Source: Eledone cirrhosa
Taxonomy: Eukaryota
Length of the DNA: 64,000 nucleotides
Direction of reading: 5' to 3'
Assembly: GCA_964016885.1 (NCBI GenBank)
Contig: OZ024762.1
Span: 12,772,001 to 12,836,000 of the forward strand
The position numbers and the translations under genes are program-made. Positions 13,916-27,270 of the stretch are shown here, piece by piece. Position 1 is the first letter of the stretch, and each line of letters begins with the position of its first letter. The notes below the pieces were generated by a model, which was given only the letters and a program-made list of their open reading frames with translations, was not told where the DNA came from and ran no database searches.

Positions 13916-14076
13916 CTCACACATACATATATATATACACACACACATATATACACATACATATATGTGTATATGTACACACACACACACATATATATAT
14001 ATACACACACACACATATATATACACACACACATACATATACACACAGATACATATATACACACATGCATATATAT

Positions 14077-14109
<33 letters not shown>

Positions 14110-14121
14110 CTTACACACACA

Positions 14122-14157
<36 letters not shown>

Positions 14158-14677
14158 CACATATATATACACACACACATATATATATACACACACACAC
14201 ATATACACACACACACATATACACACACACACATATATATACACATATACACACACATATACACACACACACACACACAAAAGAAAAACGATGAAGTTTC
14301 GTTTACACATATATACATACATACATGTATAAGACAAATTAAGCCTCACCATAATTAGAAATAATTAATATTCCATTAACAGCTAAAATAAATTACTAAC
14401 CAATTAATTTGGCAGGCACTAAATTTACTAAACATCTTAAATGTAGGTTTTATAGGTTTAGTACACTAAAGACCACTTTATAATTACTGGTAGGAGAAAA
14501 CAGGGGGCTTGATAAATTAATAGTGGTGTGTATATATATATATATACAAGGTGCTTGATAAATCAATAGTGATATATATATATATATATATATAAGGTGC
14601 TTGATAAATCAATAGTGATATATATATATACAAGGTGCTTGAGAAATTAATCGTGATATATGTGTGTGTGTATGTAT

Positions 14678-14744
<67 letters not shown>

Positions 14745-15215
14745 CAGATGTGGATGCGAATATATATATATACGTGTGTATATGGATGGGTGTATATGTG
14801 TGTGTAGATGTGTGTGTAGATGTTTATATAGACAGATACATATATAATGGGTGTGTATGTAAATATATATGTATATATAATGGGTGTGTACATGTGTGTG
14901 TGTGTGTATATACATATGTAATGGATGTATATGTGTATATATATGATAGATGTATATAGCTATGATAGATCAGACCTATGATGAAAAGCTTTCCAGCCAT
15001 GACCAAGCCATCAAGGTATTTTTTATCGGCCGGCATAATTTATCTAGGACTACATTATCCAATGTGCCCCTCTTAATAATCTATAATGAGTATAGCTGCT
15101 ATTTCGGGCACAACCACTGACCACACACTGACTCACACATTGGCTCGTGTGTGTATACTATATATGCACATTTTATATATATATATACGATGATCGCCTT
15201 CCTCGGACGGACAAG

Positions 15216-15277
<62 letters not shown>

Positions 15278-15419
15278 TGTGTGTGTGTGTTTCGATGTAT
15301 GCATGCATATATGTGTGTGTACGTATATCTATATATACATACATTTCAGTATATATATATATATATACGCATGCATATCTATATATATTTAATTAAATGG
15401 TACTCACCGATAAATTTGG

Positions 15420-15463
<44 letters not shown>

Positions 15464-16928
15464 AGTGTATATATTCTAATATATATATATATATTGCATG
15501 TGATTGTTCATCAGTCAGGTGAAAATATTGGATATATATATATATATATATAAAGGTGAAAAATATGTTGATGATATATATATATACATATATATATATA
15601 CAGGCGTATATATACTATATTATATATATCCAGAGCCGAGTGTTCATATCATAACTGATGTTATATCCATATATATGAGTGTAGTTGGTATATATATATA
15701 TTATATACATATATACATGCATGTATATATATATATTATGTATATATATTACATATGCATGTATATATAAAATCTCTATACATATGCGTGTATATACTAC
15801 AGATGTATATACATTTCCACACCTCTAGGATGAGTTACATTAAAGAGAGGGAGAGTGAGCAAAGTTCACATGTCTTACTCTCTCTTCTTTCTGTCTATCT
15901 CTCTCTCCCTCTCTTTGTCTCTCTGTCTCTCTCTCCCTCTCTTTGTCTCTCTGTCTCTCTATCTCTATCTCTCCCCCTCTGTTATCTGAAGTGTTAGGTT
16001 GAAATGTGTGAAAAAAAGAGGAAAAGAAAGAGTAAAGGAGAGCGGGAGAGAGAAAGAGTAAAGGAGACAGGGAGAGAGAAAGAAAGAGAAAGAGTAAAGG
16101 AGAGAGGGAGAGAGAAAGGAAGAGAAGAAAGACGAAGGGAGAACTAGTAAAAGGGAGAGAGAGAAGAAGTAAAGGAGAGAGAGAGAGAGAGGGAAAGTGT
16201 AATTGAGGAAAAGGGGAGAGGAAGGAGGTGTTATAACAATAGCTATCACGTGACGTACGGTAAAGCGACTCGGCAGCCGTGTCGTGTGGAGAGGAGGAGA
16301 GTGAGAGTAGAGGACACTGAGGGAGGGAGTGAAGGAGAGTAAGGTAGATGGAGAGAGGGAGTGAAGGAGAGTAAGAGAAAGTAAGAGAGATAGAGAGAGT
16401 AAGAGAGATAGAGAGAGAGTAAGACTGGTTGTGTGGTCTCGAGAGAGAGAGAGAGAGTGAGTAATGAGCAGGAGATAATAGAGGAAAGAGAGAGAGAGAG
16501 GGATGAAGGAGAGAGAGAGAAAGAACATGAGGGAGGGAAAGTGAAGGAGAGGAAGAAGGTAAGAGAGAAATTGAGTTAAAAGCAAAGAGAGAGAGAGAGT
16601 AAGGCCATTTAAAAGAGAAAGACAGAGTAAAAGTGAAAGGAGAAAAGTCACGAGAGAAAGAGAGAGAGTAAGGTGGAATATCGGGAGAGGAAGGAGATGG
16701 AAATTAAAGGGAGAGGGAGGGAAACTGGAGAGTGGCAGTGGGAGGAGAAATTATTAAACTAAAATGGCGAGAATTAGATATTGACAGATAGTTACACATA
16801 TAGATAGATAGAAATACATATATAGAGAGTTGGATACACACACACACACTATGTATGTATATAGATATTTAATATAGAAATGGCTTCTACAGGACTAGAA
16901 CTGTTTCATTCGGGAGAAATCATATATA

Positions 16929-17006
16929 CTGGGTGTCCCCGCCAAATGTATACATATATTTATTAGAATGCTGTCGAAGTGTGTATACATTTTTTGGGAC
17001 ACCTTG
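16929..17006. mobile_element. Miniature Tc1/mariner-like MITE (solo ends near 10413 and 40082-40110)
   Basis: Imperfect TIRs GGTGTCCC..AAATGTATACA / TGTATACATTT..GGGACACC. Confidence 0.65.
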
Positions 17007-17645
17007 TGTGTGTGTATTATATATATACAGAGAGAGATGGAGAGCGAGAGATGTACGAGGAGAGAGACTAAGGATGGTCTTAGAAAGGAAGAAAAATAAA
17101 ACAGGAATGTATAAGAGGGAGAGAGAGCGAGTAATAGTGGTATAATAAGAGAGGGTGAGAGAGAAGATACAATGGAAAGAGGGAGAGAGAACCTGGATAA
17201 TATGAGTAAAAGGAAGAGGTAGAAAAGAGACATAGAGAGAGAGAGGAATGAAGATAGATAGAGAGTAAGGAGAATAGAGAGAGAGAGACTGCAAGAAGGA
17301 GAGTAAGAAAGAGATATAAAGGAGAGAGTGAAGAGGGTGAATAGAAACAGACGACAGTGAGAGAGTAGTAGTAGTAGTGGTGGCAGTAGCTGTAGTGGTG
17401 GCAGTAGTAGTGGTAGTAGTAGTAGTAGTAGAATATAAATCGGAGAGGAAATATGGAAGGCTGACAGTGAAGCTAAATCTATTTGAAGAGTTCGATATAT
17501 GGCTGACTGATTGAGATAAAAGTTGTCACGAGGTTCCAAGTTCGATCTCAACTATGTCACATATTGAATAGACAAATGTCATTTATTTACCATATAAGGA
17601 AGACAAACACCAGGATTGCCCTCTTTTTACCCCTATATATATATA

Positions 17646-17828
17646 CAGTGAAATTCCGTTATAACGAAATTCACGGTATAAAAAAAAATTCGTTGTAACG
17701 AAAAATTCTTCATAACAAAATCGACAGTAACAAATCGAGCGTTTGTTTATTAACTCGGGGATTGAACAAAATTTCGTTATACTGAAAAATTCGTTATAAT
17801 GGTATTCGTTATAACGAAATTTTACCTG
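17646..17828. mobile_element. pogo/Tigger-like MITE
   Basis: TA-flanked, imperfect TIRs CAGTGAAATTCCGTTATAACGAA / TTCGTTATAACGAAATTTTACCTG. Confidence 0.8.
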
Positions 17829-17869
17829 TATATAATAGTAATAGTAGTATCAGTAGTAGTAGGAGGCCG

Positions 17870-18532
17870 GCATATCTATTGTTGTACGTAAAAGGAGAGA
17901 AAGATTTACAGCCACCTATGAGGTTGTGTCCCCATTAGCGTCACTTTTAACAGGGGGTACAAGCTCTCCTATCCTGATTTACTGGTCACTGCCATCGTAC
18001 CACCTATGACGTGTCCCCATTAGTGTCACTTTTAACAAGGGGTACAAGCTCTCCTATCCTGATTTACTGGTCACTGCCATCGTACCACCTATGACGTGTC
18101 CCCATTAGCGTCACTTTTAACAGGGGGTACAAGCTCTCCTATCCTGATTTACTGGTCACTGCCATCGTACCACCTCTGAGGTTGTGTCCCCATTAGTGTC
18201 ACTTTTAACAAGGGGTACAAGCTCTCCTATCCTGATTTACTGGTCACTGCCATCGTACCACCTATGACGTGTCCCCATTAGTGTCACTTTTAACAAGGGG
18301 TACAAGCTCTCCTATCCTGATTTACTGGTCACTGCCATTGTACCACCTCTGAGGTTGTGTCCCCATTAGTGTCACTAATAACAAGGGGTACAAGCTCTCC
18401 TACCCCGATGTCATCTCCAGAGATTCTGGTATTGAAATCCAGGACTTGGCAACGGCAATGAACGACAGACCCACGTGGAGATCAGTTGTTGAGTTGATTT
18501 CATCTGAGGCCATGTGATGATGATGATGATGA
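17870..18532 (+). mobile_element. RTE LINE 3' end with internal 85-88-bp tandem array (~6 units) and (TGA)n tail
   Basis: Terminal frame LSYPDVISRDSGIEIQDLATAMNDRPTWRSVV; same sequence as 37525-37733. Confidence 0.9.
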
Positions 18533-18552
18533 GTAGTAGTGGTGGTAGTGGT

Positions 18553-18785
18553 GGTTTCAGAAAGCTCCTTGGCCTCACCTACAGAGACCACATCTCCAAT
18601 GAAGAGGTGTGAAACAGAATTTGCCAAGACATTGGCCCCCTACGAAGACCTTCTGCCCATTGAGATGGTACGGGCACGTGACAAGATCTTCAGGAAAGAA
18701 GAGAGGCGAGGGGAATGGAAGGAGCTGGTTGCCAGGTCATCTGTGGCGCCCCAGTGCTCCCCCCACCAGACTACGGGACAGATGA
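18553..18785 (+). mobile_element. Decayed RTE/BovB-like LINE 3' fragment
   Basis: FRKLLGLTYRDHISNEEV...LRWYGHVTRS...EWKELVARSSVAPQ. Confidence 0.8.
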
Positions 18786-18807
18786 CTGGGCTCAATATAA
18801 GCAATCC

Positions 18808-18972
18808 AGAGTTACGGCTCTTTACGTTCTGAGTTCAAATCCCACCGAGGTTAACTTTGCCTTTAATCCATAAAGAGTCGATAAAATAAACTACCAGTAA
18901 TGCACTGGGGTCGATTTAATCGACCCCCCCCCCCAATTGCTGGCCTTGTGCCCTAAAACAGAAACAATTATT
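18808..18972 (+). mobile_element. tRNA-derived SINE
   Basis: Same core as 58837-59022. Confidence 0.9.
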
Positions 18973-19335
18973 AATCTATGACATCTATTCTGCTGTAGTT
19001 ATTCTGTGATATCTACACCCACATAGTTAATCTGCTTTACCAGAATTGTTCTATAATTCTATGATTCTGTGATTCTGTGATTCATTCTTATATTCTACAC
19101 AGTTTTAATCTACCAGATGTTCTTTGTTCTACCAGTCATTCTTTCATACCTATATTCCATTCTGTTAATCTATCACACATGTTCTCTTCTATTCCGTTCT
19201 ACCTACTTATTCTACATCAGTGATTCCCCATTAAAAGGAGTCACTTAGCACCCAGGTGCTATATATCTCATGAAATACCTATATATCCAATTAGAGTGAA
19301 TATTGTGCCCTCAATATTTCTAATTTCTCATTCTT

Positions 19336-19371
19336 TCTTCTGATGAAGGACTAACGTCCGAAACGTTAAGA
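19336..19371 (+). ncRNA. Minimal type I hammerhead ribozyme (Penelope type)
   Basis: TCTT-CTGATGA-A-GGAC taac GTCC-GAAAC-GTT-AAGA; palindromic AACGTT in place of stem III. Confidence 0.8.
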
Positions 19372-19490
19372 CCATTTCCTGCTATATCAAGCGTAAAACT
19401 AATATATCTCTTCCATATACTGTACCGATTGTGTTGTTATTACTGTTTACCTTTTACACACACACACACACATATATATATGTATGTATA

Positions 19491-19634
19491 CAGGTAACAT
19501 TCCGTTATAGCGAATACCATTATAACGAATTTTTCAGTATAACGAAATTGTTTTCAATCCCCGACCACACGTTCGATCTCATTATAAAGAATTTTTCGTT
19601 ACAGCGCTTTTTTTTATACCCCGGAATTACACTG
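19491..19634. mobile_element. pogo/Tigger-like MITE, opposite orientation to 17646-17828
   Basis: Reverse-complement similarity; starts TA-CAGGTAACATTCCGTTATA. Confidence 0.75.
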
Positions 19635-19735
19635 TGTGTGTGTGTGTGTCTGTGTGTGTGTGTGTGTGTGTGTCTGTGTCTGTGTGTGTGTGTGTCTCTG
19701 TGTGTGTGTGCGTGTGAGAGTGTGTCATCATCATG

Positions 19736-19766
<31 letters not shown>

Positions 19767-20126
19767 TATATATATATACAATATATATATAATACATCTA
19801 TAATATATATATATATATATGTATGTATATATGTATGTATATATGTATGTATATATAATATATTATAATATCCACACTACTGTCCTCTGCCTTCTGCCTC
19901 ACCTGTTCCTATTCCCAGGTACCAGCCAAGCCATGTGACGTCATCACTACATCTCACACAAACGCCACTTTCCCTCATTCTTATTCTACGTTCCGTTATT
20001 CTCTCACACCTGTTCCTTTCTCTTTCCATTCCGATCTCTTCATTATTTATACTCTTTTATTTTTGTTCCGTTTTATTTTATCATACTTGTAAAAAAAATA
20101 CACACAACACACATACTCATACACAT

Positions 20127-20161
<35 letters not shown>

Positions 20162-20190
20162 GCACATATATATATACGTTCATACATACT

Positions 20191-20248
<58 letters not shown>

Positions 20249-20268
20249 CACACACATTTATTTATATG

Positions 20269-20310
<42 letters not shown>

Positions 20311-20340
20311 TACACATATATATATACGTTCATACATACT

Positions 20341-20373
<33 letters not shown>

Positions 20374-20387
20374 GCACATACACACAC

Positions 20388-20436
<49 letters not shown>

Positions 20437-20575
20437 CACATTTATATATATATATATATATACACACACACAAATACATGCACACACACACACACATATA
20501 AATATACACATAGATACATGCACATACACATATGTGTGTGTGTGTGTGCGTGTGCGTGTGTGTATATATATATAT

Positions 20576-20651
20576 GATATAAAATGAAAAATCAGTGATG
20601 CATCTAAACTCAATTGAGTTCAGATGCATCACTGATTTTTCGTTTTATATC
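20576..20651. repeat. 76-bp spacerless palindrome
   Basis: GATATAAAATGAAAAATCAGTGATGCATCTAAACTCAA | TTGAGTTCAGATGCATCACTGATTTTTCGTTTTATATC, 2 mismatches. Confidence 0.9.
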
Positions 20652-20721
20652 ACATACTCTGCTCTGTAAGAGCATAGAGTGCTCAACCGGCATACCGCCT
20701 ATGGAAGCATCATAGCTACCA

Positions 20722-20809
<88 letters not shown>

Positions 20810-20897
20810 GTATATATAGTTAATGAATAGAACAAACAAAACACAGGAGGCATTTACACAGTTATATTAGGTTCACGCCTGGAGGAAGTGGAGAAGG

Positions 20898-20933
20898 TTT
20901 CAACGTTTCGGTCAGAAGTCCTTCTTCAGGAAA
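20898..20933 (-). ncRNA. Minimal type I hammerhead ribozyme (Penelope type)
   Basis: Minus strand TTTC-CTGAAGA-A-GGaC ttct GaCC-GAAAC-GTT-GAAA. Confidence 0.7.
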
Positions 20934-20966
20934 AGTTGGATAAGATAAACGTAAGAGTAAAGTGAT

Positions 20967-21622
20967 ATGATAATGATACTAACGATAATGGTAATAACGA
21001 TAATGGTAATAACGATAATGGTAATAACGATAATGGTAATAACGATAATGGTACTAACGAGAATGGTAATAACGATAATGGTAATAACGATAATGGTAAT
21101 AACGATAATGGTACTAACGATAATGGTAATAACGATAATGGTAATAACGATAATGGTAATAACGATAATGGTACTAACGATAATGATACTAACGATAATG
21201 GTAATAACGATAATGATACTAACGATAATGGTAATAACGATAATGGTAATAACGATAATGGTAATAACGATAATGGTAATAACGATAATGGTAATAACGA
21301 TAATGGTACTAACGATAATGGTACTAACGATAATTGTAATAACGATAATGGTAATAACGATAATGGTAATAACGATAATGGTAATAACGATAATGGTACT
21401 AACGATAATGGTAATAACGATAATGGTAATAACGATAATGGTAATAACGATAATGGTACTAACGATAATGATACTAACGATAATGGTAATAACGATAATG
21501 ATACTAACGATAATGGTAATAACGATAATGGTAATAACGATAATGGTAATAACGATAATGGTAATAACGATAATGGTAATAACGATAATGGTAATAACGA
21601 TAATGATGATAATGGTGGTAAT
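20967..21622. repeat. 15-bp minisatellite (AACGATAATGGTAAT)n, ~43 copies
   Basis: Direct periodicity. Confidence 0.97.
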
Positions 21623-21842
21623 AATGTTATTTAATCTTTAACATGAAATACAATATAAGACACTGGAAACGGAACTTCCGTCGGAGGAGGTTGTTGCTGT
21701 TGTTGCTGTTGTTGCTGTTGCTGTTGCTGTTGTTGTTGTTGTTGTTGTTGCTGTTGCTGTTGTTGTTTTTGTGGTTTTTTCCAAATTTTGTTGTATTTTT
21801 CTTTCTTCTTTTAATTTTTGTTTTAAAATTAGCGAGATGTCG

Positions 21843-21856
21843 GTTACCATAGTAAC
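21843..21856. promoter_or_regulatory. RFX X-box consensus match
   Basis: GTTACCATAGTAAC; ETS-like CGGAA/CTTCCG motifs at 21670-21680. Confidence 0.45.
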
Positions 21857-22817
21857 GGATCTTTCATTGTCTTTCTTTCTTTCCTTCTCTCTCTCTCTGT
21901 CTCTCTCGCAGTAAATATATATACGTGTATATACACCCACACACATATATATATATATATACGTGTATACACACCCACACATATATATATATACATATAT
22001 ATACGTGTATACACACCCACACACATATATATATATATATACGTGTATACACACCCACATATATATATATACATATATATACGTGTATACACACCCACAT
22101 ATATATATATATATATACGTGTATACACACCCACATATATATACATATATATACGTGTATACACACCCACATATATATACATATATATACGTGTATACAC
22201 ACCCACATATATATACATATATATACGTGTATACACACCCACATATATATACATATATATACGTGTATATACACCCACATGTATATATACACCTCCTCAC
22301 ACATAAATACCCTCCCCCTTCCTCTAATTATCTTTTCAGTTTCGTTTTGTTTGTTCTTTGTCTTGATTCTAAATTCTATTATTTCTCCCACCCTCACCAC
22401 CCCTTTCCCCCACCCCACCCACCTCCCTCACCCCCTCTCTATCTTTCTCTCCCACCCCCCAACGCCTCCCTCACTATCTTTCTCTCCCATCCCCAACTCC
22501 CCCCTCCCTCACCCCCTCTCTATCTTTCTCTCCCACCCCCCAACGCCTCCCTCCCTCACTATCTTTCTCTCCCATCCCCAACTCCCCCCCTCTCTCACCC
22601 CCTCTCTATCTTTCTCTCCCACCCCCCAACGCCTCCCTCCCTCACTATCTTTCTCTCCCACCCCAAACGCCCCCTCCCTCACTATCTTTCTCACCCACCC
22701 CAACGCCCCCCCTCTCCCTCACCCCCACCCCCTTCACCCATGCTGATTCTCAAATATCATTCAGTCCAAATAAAAGTTCAGATAGAAAACAACAATACCA
22801 ACAACAACAACAACAGT

Positions 22818-22848
<31 letters not shown>

Positions 22849-22959
22849 GTAACAACAACAACAACAACAACAACAGTAACACCACCCACCTCATCTACAA
22901 CACAATACCTCACCACCACTTCTCTCTCGATATATATATATATATAGAGAGAGAGATAA

Positions 22960-23043
<84 letters not shown>

Positions 23044-23235
23044 GCGTGTGCAGGCGTGTGTACTATTACTAGCGAGATATGGATCTAATTGTTTCTATTT
23101 TAGGCACAAGGCCAGCAATTACCCAGTACATTACTGGTACTTTATTTTATCGACCACGTAAGGATGCAGATAATGGTTTCTAATTTAGGCACAAGGCCAG
23201 CAATTACCCAGTGCATTACTGGTACGCAGATAATG

Positions 23236-23272
<37 letters not shown>

Positions 23273-23276
<4 letters not shown>

Positions 23277-23499
23277 AGAAAGTATGATCCCGACGGAAGA
23301 GCTCAAGCCGTTTCGAAGGCTATTTCTGGACTATTTCTGGACTGTTTCTGGACTATTTCTGTCCAGAAATAGCCGACGAAACTGCTTGAGCTCTGCCGTC
23401 GGGGTCATACTTTCTCCTATTACCCACTCTACTACCCTAAGTATTGAGTACTCTGGTGGGTTATGGTCCATTTGGTTCCTTACCACAACTCCTTCGTTA
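23273..23499. mobile_element. Fold-back element in (TA)n, copy 1
   Basis: ~59-bp inverted arms within 23273-23419 plus tail; homologous to 43166-43381. Confidence 0.85.
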
Positions 23500-23525
23500 T
23501 ATATATATATATATATATTGATTTA

Positions 23526-23895
23526 AGGGGTTAAATATCCAGGTACTCATCGTAGGGTTTGCCTAGGGTGTTAAATACGCAGGTACACATTGTAAAGATG
23601 GCGTAGGGTACTAAATACCCAGGTACACATTGTGGAGATGGTGTAGGGTGCTAAATACCCAGGTACACAATGTAGAGATGGTGTAGGGTGCTAAATACCC
23701 AGGTACACATTGTAGAGCTAACCTAGGGGCTAAATACCCAGGTACACATTGTAGAGATGGTGTAGGGTGCTAAATACCCAGGTACACATTGTAGAGCTAG
23801 CCTAGGGGCTAAATACCCAGGTACACATTGTAGAGCTAGCCTAGGGGCTAAATACCCAGGTACACATTGTAGAGCTAGCCAAGGGGCTAAATACT
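23526..23895 (-). repeat. 40-bp satellite family, array 2
   Basis: Reverse complement of the 7880 unit. Confidence 0.93.
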
Positions 23896-25191
23896 AGACG
23901 TCGATTCTGATACCCCTAAAACTACAATGGGCTCTCGTGTGCCTCTGACTACATTTGATGTCTTGGAGATAACTTCCCTATCACTTCTGTACCGGACTCC
24001 CTTAAACACAGGTCACGTGAGCAGCCCTTCCTTATCTGACTAAGTCATTAATAGTCACACAAACAGACACAAACATACACACACAAACATACACATACAC
24101 ACATATATGTATATTCACTCACACACACACTCACATTCTCGTAGTCTCACATTTCCTCACACACACATATAGACACATTTCCTCACACACACACACACGC
24201 ACATATATAGACACATTTCCTCACACACACACATATATATAGACACACATATACACATGTACACAGACGTTAATTAGATAATCACCAGTGATTAATTATG
24301 GATCGCTCCAAATCCTCTAAATCTCTCCCTCATTTTCCTCCATCACCATCACTACTACTACTACCACCTCCACCACCACTACATACCACGACCACCATCA
24401 TCATCACCATAGCCACCACTACATACCAACACCATCATCACCAGCGCCATCACCACTACCACTACATAATTCCACCATCACCACCACCGGCACTACTACC
24501 ATCACCATCACCACCACCAGCAGCACTAACTACTACAACCACCACCACCACTATACCACCATCACCACCCAACCACCACCGGCACTACTACCACAACAAC
24601 TACCACCACAGCTACCACAAAAACTACCACCACCACCACCACCACCACCACCACCACCACCAGCCCTACCACCACCACCAGTCCTACCACCACCACTACC
24701 ACCACCACCACTACCACCCCCAGCCCTACCACCCCCACCCCTACCACCACCACCACCAGTCCTACCACCACTACCACCCCCACCCCTACCACCACCACCA
24801 CCATCTCCTCTAGTCTTCAGATTATGAATTAAACAACTGTCTTAAATGTCACGAGTCAAACACCACCAGTTACACACACATATTTATATATACACACACA
24901 TATTTATATACACACACACACACATATATATATACACACACACACACATATATATATATACACACACACACATATATATATACACACACATATATATATA
25001 TATATATATACACACACATATATATATACAGGAACACACACACACATATATACACAGGCACACACACACACATAATATATACAGGCACACACACACATAT
25101 ATATACAGGCACACATATATATATACAGACACACACACACATATATATATACAGGCACACACGCACATATATATATATATATATATACAGG

Positions 25192-25227
<36 letters not shown>

Positions 25228-25289
25228 CAGACACACACACACATATATATATATACAGGCACATACGCACATATATATATATATACAGG

Positions 25290-25323
<34 letters not shown>

Positions 25324-25355
25324 CAGACACACACACACATATATATATATACAGG

Positions 25356-25387
<32 letters not shown>

Positions 25388-26534
25388 CAGGCACACACAC
25401 ACACACAGATGTCTACACTTTCCATATGAATAAACGAAGGGAAATAACTCCAATGTTACTCGTCTCTTGTATACAAAGACAAAACCCACTTCCATCTTGT
25501 ATGTTATATATATATTTATGTATGTATGTATGTATGTATGTATGTATGTATGTATGTATGTATGTATGTATGTATGTATGTATGTATGTATGTATGTATG
25601 TATGTATGTATGTATGTATGTATGTATGTATGTATGTATGTATGTATGTATGTATGTATGTATGTAGAGAGAGAGAGAGAGAAGAAAATAAGTTAATGAT
25701 GCTGGTGGTGGTGGATGTGGTGGTGATGATGATGGTGGTGGTGGTGGTAGTGGTAATGATGGTAATGATGATGATGATGGTGTTGGTGGTGGTAATGATG
25801 ATGGTAGTGGAGGTGGTGGTGGTGATAGTGATGGTAATGGTAATGATGATGGTGGTGGCAGTGATGGTAATGATGGTGGTGGTGGTGGTGATAGTGATGG
25901 TGGTAGTGGTGGTGGTGGTGGTAGTGGTAGTGGTGGTGGTGGTGGTGGTGGTAGTGGTGGTGGTAGTGGTAGAGGTGGTGGTAGTGGTAGTGGTGGTAAT
26001 AATGGCGGCTACAATAACGACCAAGAACGCTGTTCTCTCCATTCATTAGAATCTCTATAAAAATATGTTTGAGGAAAGGATTTGATGTGATATACAAGTT
26101 TATCTCTGGAATACAGATGTTGGTGTGGTAAGGTGGTGGTGGGGTGTAGTGTGGTGGAGTGGTGGTGGTGGTCTGGTGGGGTGGGGCTGGTGTGGTGTGG
26201 TGGAGTGTGATGTTGTGGTGTAATGGTATGGGGTGGTCTGGTGTGGTGTAGTGGTGTGAAGTGGTGGGGTGGTGTGGTGTAGTATGGTGTATTGTGATGT
26301 GGTGGGCTAGGGTGGAGTGTATTGGAGGGTGCAGTGTATTGGAGGGTGTAGTGTATTGGAGGGTGTAGTGTATTGGAGGGTGTAGTGTATTGGAGGGTGT
26401 AGTGTATTCTAATGTAACAAGAAGAAGAAAATGTTGATATATGTTTAAAAACTCCTTCAATTAGTTTTTTTTTTTCTTGCTTCGAGTAAAATAATGTTTT
26501 TAATCAGAGAATTGTGTATGTATGTGTATGTATG

Positions 26535-26637
<103 letters not shown>

Positions 26638-26700
26638 TTATGTGTGTATGTATATATATATATATATATATATCCACTGTCAATAAATACACCAAGATTT

Positions 26701-26761
26701 TTTCATTCTGATGATTGAAAGCAAATTTTGTTTGCTTTCAAGAAACCACTGGTAAATGAAA
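26701..26761 (+). ncRNA. Intact type I hammerhead ribozyme
   Basis: TTTCATT-CTGATGA-TTGAAAGCAAA ttttg TTTGCTTTCAA-GAAA-CC act GG-TA-AATGAAA: 7-bp stem I, 11-bp stem II, stem III, GUA triplet. Confidence 0.92.
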
Positions 26762-26811
26762 TAATTATCTTATGTTGTTTATTACATAACTATATATATA
26801 TATATATATAT

Positions 26812-27093
26812 AAGAAAGTAAGTCCATAGAATCATTTGATAAATTGTACCTAATTGTGTATGGTTAGCTATATGTCTAGTCAATTTTTACAGGCTATTAG
26901 AAATACTATGTAAATCTTCTGTGGTTGTGGATCGCGGATAAAATAGCTATCATTTATTTATCTATTGTTTCTTCATAGGTACATTTTAGACTTATAACCT
27001 CGTTTAATTGATTTTTTATGTGGTTAATTATGCTGATTGGGAGGAGAAATACTGTATATATTTTATCAAATGATTCTATGGACTTACTTTCTT
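26812..27093. repeat. 32-bp perfect inverted repeat with ~220-bp spacer
   Basis: AAGAAAGTAAGTCCATAGAATCATTTGATAAA at 26812-26843 and its reverse complement at 27062-27093. Confidence 0.9.
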
Positions 27094-27220
27094 ATATATT
27101 GCTCTGATTGCTGATTGTTGATTATTTAATTAATTAATTCGTCATTGAGCCACACCGTGAATGGTTGACAAATACATATATATATATATCTACGGCTCTG
27201 TCTAGTTTATGTATATGTAA

Positions 27221-27270
<50 letters not shown>

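Noticed and set aside
19903-20029. Possible minus-strand exon MERERNRC...[10 protein letters not shown] with gtgag donor and a CRE (TGACGTCA)
   Set aside because: No recognisable homology or partner exon
21643-21852. Basic plus poly-Leu membrane-anchor ORF, or poly-Q on the minus strand
   Set aside because: Driven by a (TTG/CTG)n repeat; the poly-Q frame is closed by an upstream stop
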